Source of the DNA: a virus
Lineage: Duplodnaviria > Caudoviricetes
Strand: one strand, 5' to 3'
Virus record (IMG/VR): IMGVR_UViG_3300037424_000564
Span: 64,001-128,000 of that record
Length of the DNA: 64,000 bases
Part shown: positions 58,176-64,000 of the stretch, piece after piece
Layout: every line of letters begins with the position of its first letter
Numbering within the stretch: position 1 is the first letter of the stretch
Made by a program: the position numbers and the translations under genes
The notes under the pieces: generated by a model
What the model was told of the DNA's origin: nothing
What the model saw: only the letters and a program-made list of their open reading frames with translations
Database searches by the model: none

Positions 58176-59150
58176 TTAAAATTTTCTACTTCTTTTGATT
58201 AGCTTTAATTTGACTACCGCTTGGAATCCTTCAAAAATATTAGAATCAACCATATCTTTTAGTTCTTTTTTTGGCATACCAGCACAAACTGCTTCATTAA
58301 AATCTTTATATTTGAAAGAATTGGGGTATATAAATATTTTTTTATTCTCTTCTGCATATTTAATAGATGTATCTATTCCACGTTTATCATTATCAAGAAT
58401 AAATATTTGATCTTTAATTTTATTGGATACTGCTTCACTTATAGTAACACCTAACATTGCAATAGAATTTTCCAACATTAATGAATCAATGATAGATTCA
58501 AAAATATAAACAGGATCATCTAATTCAACATTGAATAGATTAAATATTTTAGCGGAATCATTTTTTGAATGAGTATGAAATTTTTTTGTTGTTGTATGTC
58601 TTCCTTGAAATCCATACAGACTTTCATCACCAGTTTGAAAGGGAAAGATAATCATCCCAGAAAGCACATGATTAGGATGAATATTATAATAAAATCTATC
58701 TATATGTTCAATTATATTACGTTTTTTGCAAAAATCAAAACAAGCAGAATATTCCCTAGCAGGTTTGAAATATGTTTTATTAAGATTAAAAATATATTTA
58801 AAATCTAATTCTTTACAAACACCATTATCAATTTCTTTAGCTTTTTTCTGTAAGGTGCCATTTCTCAAATCTGCTAGTAATTCTATTCGTTCCTCTTTTT
58901 TATAATCCTCAAAAAGGTAAGGATTGATCTGTTTAATAAAACTTTTTAGATTGGTATCATATCCACAGTTTTGACAGAACACGGTAATAAATGATTTATT
59001 CTGTGTTAGAATGAATAGTCTGGTTTTCCAAGGGGATCTACCTTCATGACAAATAGGACAAGAACAAACATATCCAGATGAAATTTGTTTTAATTTAGGC
59101 AATCCCAACATTGGAATATATTTTATTTCATTATATTTTTCCATAATCAC
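58176..59150 (-). CDS. gp61: DNA primase gp61
   Basis: N-terminal CPICHEG...FCQNCG zinc domain, FQGR, TOPRIM VYIFESIIDS, LDNDKRG, KDFNE. Confidence 0.92.
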   Translation of the reverse strand: MIMEKYNEIKYIPMLGLPKLKQISSGYVCSCPICHEGRSPWKTRLFILTQNKSFITVFCQNCGYDTNLKSFIKQINPYLFEDYKKEERIELLADLRNGTLQKKAKEIDNGVCKELDFKYIFNLNKTYFKPAREYSACFDFCKKRNIIEHIDRFYYNIHPNHVLSGMIIFPFQTGDESLYGFQGRHTTTKKFHTHSKNDSAKIFNLFNVELDDPVYIFESIIDSLMLENSIAMLGVTISEAVSNKIKDQIFILDNDKRGIDTSIKYAEENKKIFIYPNSFKYKDFNEAVCAGMPKKELKDMVDSNIFEGFQAVVKLKLIKRSRKF

Positions 59151-59159
59151 TTCGGTATA

Positions 59160-59546
59160 TTAATAGTTTATTTTTCCTAGTCTATCATAGTTAGACTTGC
59201 CTTTAATCTTAGCATCTATATAAACAACTCGTTTACTTTTATATCTTTTTTGTTTTATATCATCAATACAAACAAATTCGTTGTCTTCCCAATTAATGTA
59301 TTTTTTATAGTCATTACGAAGTTTATCAATTTCAGACTGTGTAAGTTGATAATCCCAATTATTATTATCTCGTTGCCGTTCAAATTGTATCATTTGGCAG
59401 TAATGATCAAAAGTTTCCTTTATTAAATTTCCTTCGATTAATGTTGGTGATATATCAACCCAATCACAAACTAACCCATTCCAGAGAATGATATCAGGAT
59501 CACCATCTAATTCTTGTAAAAGTGAAATTAGTTTTGATTTTTTCAT
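59160..59546 (-). CDS. hypothetical protein
   Basis: 128-aa ORF in replication operon. Confidence 0.6.
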   Translation of the reverse strand: MKKSKLISLLQELDGDPDIILWNGLVCDWVDISPTLIEGNLIKETFDHYCQMIQFERQRDNNNWDYQLTQSEIDKLRNDYKKYINWEDNEFVCIDDIKQKRYKSKRVVYIDAKIKGKSNYDRLGKINY

Positions 59547-59761
59547 TATACAGAGAATTCACAATACTCGTCTAGTCCGATATCAGATACTACACAAGGT
59601 TTAATTTTACTCTTATTTTTCTTAATACATTCTTCGGTTTTATCACAATATAGGCAACAAATGTTATTGTTTGTTTTATGTGATTTAGCTTTTAGACAAT
59701 CTGGACGCATTTTAGCGTTACAAAAATAATTATTACCAGTAAATTTGAGTTTTTCTTTCAT
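59546..59761 (-). CDS. small Cys-rich protein
   Basis: 71 aa, seven Cys. Confidence 0.55.
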   Translation of the reverse strand: MKEKLKFTGNNYFCNAKMRPDCLKAKSHKTNNNICCLYCDKTEECIKKNKSKIKPCVVSDIGLDEYCEFSV

Positions 59762-59772
59762 ATGATTTCCTT

Positions 59773-60714
59773 TCAGGAGAAAAAATCTTCTAGATTAGAT
59801 TCTGATTTTTCTGAGTCATTTTTAATTTCATCAAAAAACTTTGTGGTTTTTGTTTTACTTGCAGTTTCTGATAGTTTGAATGAATATATATCTTCAGCAT
59901 GTTTTGACAACCCATATTTCATGAATGTCTTCATTAGATTCATATTATTAAAACTAAAAGTTTGATTGTTGAATTCAGTTAGGATAATAGTCTTAATTTC
60001 AGAAGGGATATTCTCAAATAGGATCAAATCAGCATTGAATTTATATCTGGCTCTTAAGATAGGATCACTTGCTAATAATTCATCTAAATCTTTTACAATT
60101 TTTAAAGCAGTTTTCTCTCCTAAACGACTTCTGATAGCTGGAATATTATCAGTCTTATCTCCAATCATTGTGTGGATCTTTTTGAATAAATCAATATTTT
60201 GTTCTGGTTTGAAAGTTTGCTTCAATGGATCAAATATTTTGACATTTTCTGTTTGAAGTTGAACAAAGTCTTTGTCAGAAGATACAACCCAAACATCTGA
60301 ATCCCCAAACTTTTCTGCTAGTACTGCAATTATATCATCTGCCTCACATTTGTCAATTTTTAATACATAGAAATCCGAATATGCTTGAAGTGCCATGCAA
60401 ATTTCTGTTGAGATTTGTTTAATCTTATCCCAAGGTAACACATCGTCTGTCTTACGATTACCTTTGTATTTCATTTCTTTTAGATCATCGAATTGACTAC
60501 AATTTTTAATATAATAATCATGTCTCCATGATGGGGAAGAATCCATACAAATAACGAATGGATTTTGTTTTGATACTGCTAATTTTCTAGAATAAGATAC
60601 TACTTGCGTAAGAATCAAATGAGCTACAAAATTTGGATTGATAATTACTTCTTCTTGGTTCATATGCACAGTACGATGAAGTGCATGGGATAGATCAAAA
60701 AGTATAATAAACAC
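59773..60714 (-). CDS. rnh: T4-type RNase H / 5'-3' exonuclease
   Basis: ILFDLSH, SWRHDY, YKGNR, EADDII, SSDKDFVQL, GDKTDNIP, tail NLEDFF. Confidence 0.93.
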   Translation of the reverse strand: MFIILFDLSHALHRTVHMNQEEVIINPNFVAHLILTQVVSYSRKLAVSKQNPFVICMDSSPSWRHDYYIKNCSQFDDLKEMKYKGNRKTDDVLPWDKIKQISTEICMALQAYSDFYVLKIDKCEADDIIAVLAEKFGDSDVWVVSSDKDFVQLQTENVKIFDPLKQTFKPEQNIDLFKKIHTMIGDKTDNIPAIRSRLGEKTALKIVKDLDELLASDPILRARYKFNADLILFENIPSEIKTIILTEFNNQTFSFNNMNLMKTFMKYGLSKHAEDIYSFKLSETASKTKTTKFFDEIKNDSEKSESNLEDFFS

Positions 60715-60759
60715 CTACCATTTCTTCATATATTTATTCATAAAAATATAAATAAACAT

Positions 60760-61863
60760 ATGATGTTAAAAATTAAAATTAAGGATACTAAAATGAATAA
60801 TACCATAATAGAACCAACAAGTCAAATATATTATAATTATCTTTACACAGACCCTAGAAAATCAGGTCGTTATACATATGAAGGATTGAATTTTAGTTTA
60901 TTATATGAACCATTTTATATTGGGAAAGGATATGGTTATAGATATAAAAAACATTTAGAACCATATCAATTAAATAAAAAGTCACATAAGAATAATAAAA
61001 TTAATAAAATTAAGCAAACACATAATATGTTAGATTATATTATTATATTTAATAAAAATTCAACAAATAATGAAGCTATACATAATGAAATTAAAATAAT
61101 AAAATCAATCGGTAGAATTGATCTTAACACTGGAACATTAACTAATTTAACTGATGGTGGTGAAGGATCTTGTGTTTATTCTTCAAAATACATACAAAAA
61201 TTATCACTAAGAATGTCAGGTAATAATAATCCAATGTCAAAATTCTATTTAATGAACTCTGGAATGGATGAAGAGCAAGCAATTGTATATTTAAAAGCAA
61301 AAGGAAAAAAATCAGGAGATTCAAAACGTGGCATACCATTAACAAAGATTCATAAAAAAAATATTAGTTTATCAACAAAAGGCAAATCATATGAAGAACG
61401 ATATGGCAAACTCAAAACTATAAAATTAAAAAAAGAACGATCTATACAAACAAAAAGCAAATCATATGAAGAAATGTATGGAAAAAACAAATCTACACAG
61501 CTAAAAAATAATTTAAAAATTAAAATGGCTGGTCGAATAAAAACAACCAACGAAAAAGAAAAACGAAAAAATACATTAAAGAAAAATGGTTCATTAAATG
61601 GAATAAAAAATCCTATGGCAAAAACGTATATAGTGAAAAATCATACAACTGGTATTGAAACTATTTTTTATGGATCATTCACTAAATATTGTGAAAACGA
61701 CAAATTTCGAATATCAGATATTAAAAATTTCTATTTAAATGAAGGAAAAATTACTGAAGATATGATTCGAGAAAAATTATCGTATTTACGTCCTCAAAAC
61801 TTCTCATTAAAATGTAAATTTCATATTAAAAAATACTTAATGTTGGAGTTCATTTGTAATTAA
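60760..61863 (+). mobile_element. GIY-YIG-like homing endonuclease, antisense to neighbours
   Basis: YYNYLYTDPRK...PFYIGKG, LTNLTDGGEG, GKSYEE repeats; TATAAATA at 60747-60754. Confidence 0.85.
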
Positions 61864-61876
61864 GTGAACTCAAACA

Positions 61877-62911
61877 TTAAATTGCTAAGAAATCAAAAAT
61901 TTCCATATATTTTGCTTCAATGTTTTTAGAATCACCTTCATAGGTCCAGTTAGTCTTAACATTTTCATACGCATTATTTGCTATTGTTTTTCGAAGAGTA
62001 TCATCTTCAATTAACTTATAAAGGTATTCCCCCCAATCTTTCTTTTCATTCTCCACTAAAAGTCCATCAACTCCATGAGTGATAGTAGTTGAATATGGGT
62101 ATACTGCATGACCAACTGGAGCGCATTTAGTAGAACCATATTCTAAAAACTTAAGATTACTTTTACATCGGTTAAACATATTATCTTTTGCTACCATGAT
62201 ACCAATATCCCAATTTTGTTGTGCAAAAGTTTTATGAAAATCTTTTGTTTCAGCCCAAGGAATAGAGGTAGCGAACGATTTAGCAAAAGTTGGTGTGTAT
62301 CCCATCATATATAAATCAACTTTATCATGAGGTAAATTACGTAACACATCAGCTAGATAGTGTCCAAAATCTCCCTTATGAGTATAACTTCCAGCCCAAC
62401 CAATTTTCAATCTTTCATTTTCAATTTTTCCATCAAATGAAAGTTCATTCATCCATAATTTATTAGGAACAATAAATGTTGGTTTGTTGAATTTTTTGCG
62501 GAGGAAGTCGCCCAAAGGAACAGTTGAAGTAGTAATACAATCTACTAATTTCATTACCTTTTCTACTCGTTTGAGTTCTTTTGGTGGATAATGATTATGT
62601 GCTAAATTAGATGCTGGAATATCCCATAAAGTATCATCTAGATCATAGATAATCTTTTTACCATTGGCTTGCATATGAGGAATCCAGTCTAGAAAATATT
62701 CATGTAATGCTCGTTGAATAACAATGACATCTGCTTCAAAAATACGTTTATCATTAGCAGGGAATCCAGAATTATATTCACACCACTCAAAACTATCTTT
62801 AAGAAACATATAAGGAGAATAAATTCTATGATAACCACAGCCGGTATTATCGGATGAAGTTAACATAATTTTTTTATGGCCGTATTTTGTTTTTAAGTTT
62901 TCTAATACCAT
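61877..62911 (-). CDS. glycosyltransferase (GT-B-like)
   Basis: GCGYHRI, VIVIQR, YDLDD, IGWAGS, FNRCKSNLKFLEY. Confidence 0.85.
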   Translation of the reverse strand: MVLENLKTKYGHKKIMLTSSDNTGCGYHRIYSPYMFLKDSFEWCEYNSGFPANDKRIFEADVIVIQRALHEYFLDWIPHMQANGKKIIYDLDDTLWDIPASNLAHNHYPPKELKRVEKVMKLVDCITTSTVPLGDFLRKKFNKPTFIVPNKLWMNELSFDGKIENERLKIGWAGSYTHKGDFGHYLADVLRNLPHDKVDLYMMGYTPTFAKSFATSIPWAETKDFHKTFAQQNWDIGIMVAKDNMFNRCKSNLKFLEYGSTKCAPVGHAVYPYSTTITHGVDGLLVENEKKDWGEYLYKLIEDDTLRKTIANNAYENVKTNWTYEGDSKNIEAKYMEIFDFLAI

Positions 62912-62914
62912 AGC

Positions 62915-63091
62915 TCAACCTAACAGTAGATTTGTTTGAGAATCGTACATTGCTCGTTCATAACAATCTTGGCAAATCAATAGAGGAACGCCAGTTGGTG
63001 ATGATTCAGTTTGTAATGTAACAAGTTGAAATGATTCGCTTTGTTCTTCAGTATATAATTTTCTACATTTACCACATGCAATTAATAACAT
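62915..63091 (-). CDS. small zinc-finger protein (start probably MLLIAC)
   Basis: CGKC...CQDC; AAAGGAG RBS. Confidence 0.55.
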   Translation of the reverse strand: MLLIACGKCRKLYTEEQSESFQLVTLQTESSPTGVPLLICQDCYERAMYDSQTNLLLG

Positions 63092-63101
63092 ATTTACTCC
63101 T

Positions 63102-64000
63102 TTACGGTGTGAAATCAAAACCACTAGAAAGTTCAGTTTCAGTTTGACTTTGATTAAATTTAGATTCCTCATATCTTAATTTATCTTTAATATGAGCAGG
63201 AATTTCTTGTTCGGATTCGTCCAGATTTAATAGTTTCATTTTAGCATATTCTACGCCAATTGTACATATATCGTTCGAATTTTCATCCCATCTGGTTAAA
63301 ACGGTCTTCAGTAGGAATTTTCTAGCTTCTCTTAATTCATCTGTTTGAATAATAGTTCCGCCCCAATCGACATTCATAGCAATTGAGAAAGCATCTGCTA
63401 AATCATCCATACCAGTATCAGTAGTTTTCTTGACAGATCCTCTATTATTCTGAACAGCAGAAAGCATAGCAATATTAAATTCTTGCGATATTGCTCTCAT
63501 TTCAATTACAATTTTACCAACATATAAATTGGTATTACTGGCATGTGAACTGTTTAATGAAGAAGAAGCACAAATATTCAAATAGTCAATAATAATTACA
63601 TCAGGAATGAAATTTTTCTTTCCTTTTAATTCCCTCAACAAAGATCTAATGTGAGTTGATGTAAGTGAACCAGTTGGGTATTCTTTTATAATTAATTCGC
63701 CGTGAGCCTTGCTTACTAAAGCCTTAAAATTATTCTTAAATGTTGTTTTGTTAAGAGTGGTATTTAACTCACTCATTGGAATATCTAATAAGTTGGCATC
63801 AATCCTTTTACCAACCATTTTTTCAGACAATTCACATGTCAAATATAATACATTATTACCATTACGAATAAGAGAAGCAGCACAATGACTTAGAAATAAA
63901 GATTTACCACGTTTAGGTGGTGCCATGAATACAGCTAAACCTTTTCTTCTAATTCCTCCACCCATTGCAGTATTCAAAACTTCAATATCAAATGGAATAA
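63102..64000 (-). CDS. gp41: replicative helicase gp41 (5'-truncated by window end)
   Basis: Walker A APPKRGKS, YLTCELSE, IKEYPTG, IIIDYLN, SAVQNNR; frame open to the window edge. Confidence 0.93.
   Translation of the reverse strand, partial: IPFDIEVLNTAMGGGIRRKGLAVFMAPPKRGKSLFLSHCAASLIRNGNNVLYLTCELSEKMVGKRIDANLLDIPMSELNTTLNKTTFKNNFKALVSKAHGELIIKEYPTGSLTSTHIRSLLRELKGKKNFIPDVIIIDYLNICASSSLNSSHASNTNLYVGKIVIEMRAISQEFNIAMLSAVQNNRGSVKKTTDTGMDDLADAFSIAMNVDWGGTIIQTDELREARKFLLKTVLTRWDENSNDICTIGVEYAKMKLLNLDESEQEIPAHIKDKLRYEESKFNQSQTETELSSGFDFTP

Noticed and set aside
973-61550. Numerous 60-150-aa plus-strand ORFs in the track (and minus-strand ORFs inside the plus-strand endonucleases)
   Set aside because: They lie antisense to well-supported genes and lack RBSs and motifs.
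1-64000. Genome-wide stop-codon recoding suggested by the in-frame TGA in the RNase HI-like frame
   Set aside because: Core genes are full length under the standard code, and TGA, TAG and TAA all end genes at coupled junctions.

Overview
AT-rich segment of a large T4-like myovirus genome, almost entirely coded on the minus strand. Core genes: topoisomerase II (gp52 and a gp39 interrupted by an endonuclease ORF), gp43 polymerase, gp32, gp33, gp61 primase, RNase H, partial gp41 helicase, class II ribonucleotide reductase and a baseplate module (gp25, gp6, gp7-like, gp8-like) that contains two BspA/DUF285 repeat proteins. Accessory genes: three RNA ligases, NAD salvage (NAMPT and NMNAT-Nudix), ferritin, three radical SAM enzymes, glycosyltransferases, one tRNA(CAU) and several homing endonucleases. 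Main observations: (1) an RlmN/Cfr-like radical SAM methylase lacks its C-terminus; the missing helix-strand-AACGQL segment is encoded as a separate 47-aa ORF about 1.9 kb downstream (not in the ORF track), the resolving cysteine is replaced by Gly, and a second radical SAM enzyme and a precursor-like peptide ending DPCSRGYSGSRTGGC lie in between; (2) gp39 is split between its GHKL and transducer domains with no room for an intron core; (3) sigma70-type promoters recur whose spacer or -10 region is the reverse complement of the downstream ribosome-binding site. All calls come from motif recognition by eye; no database searches were run.
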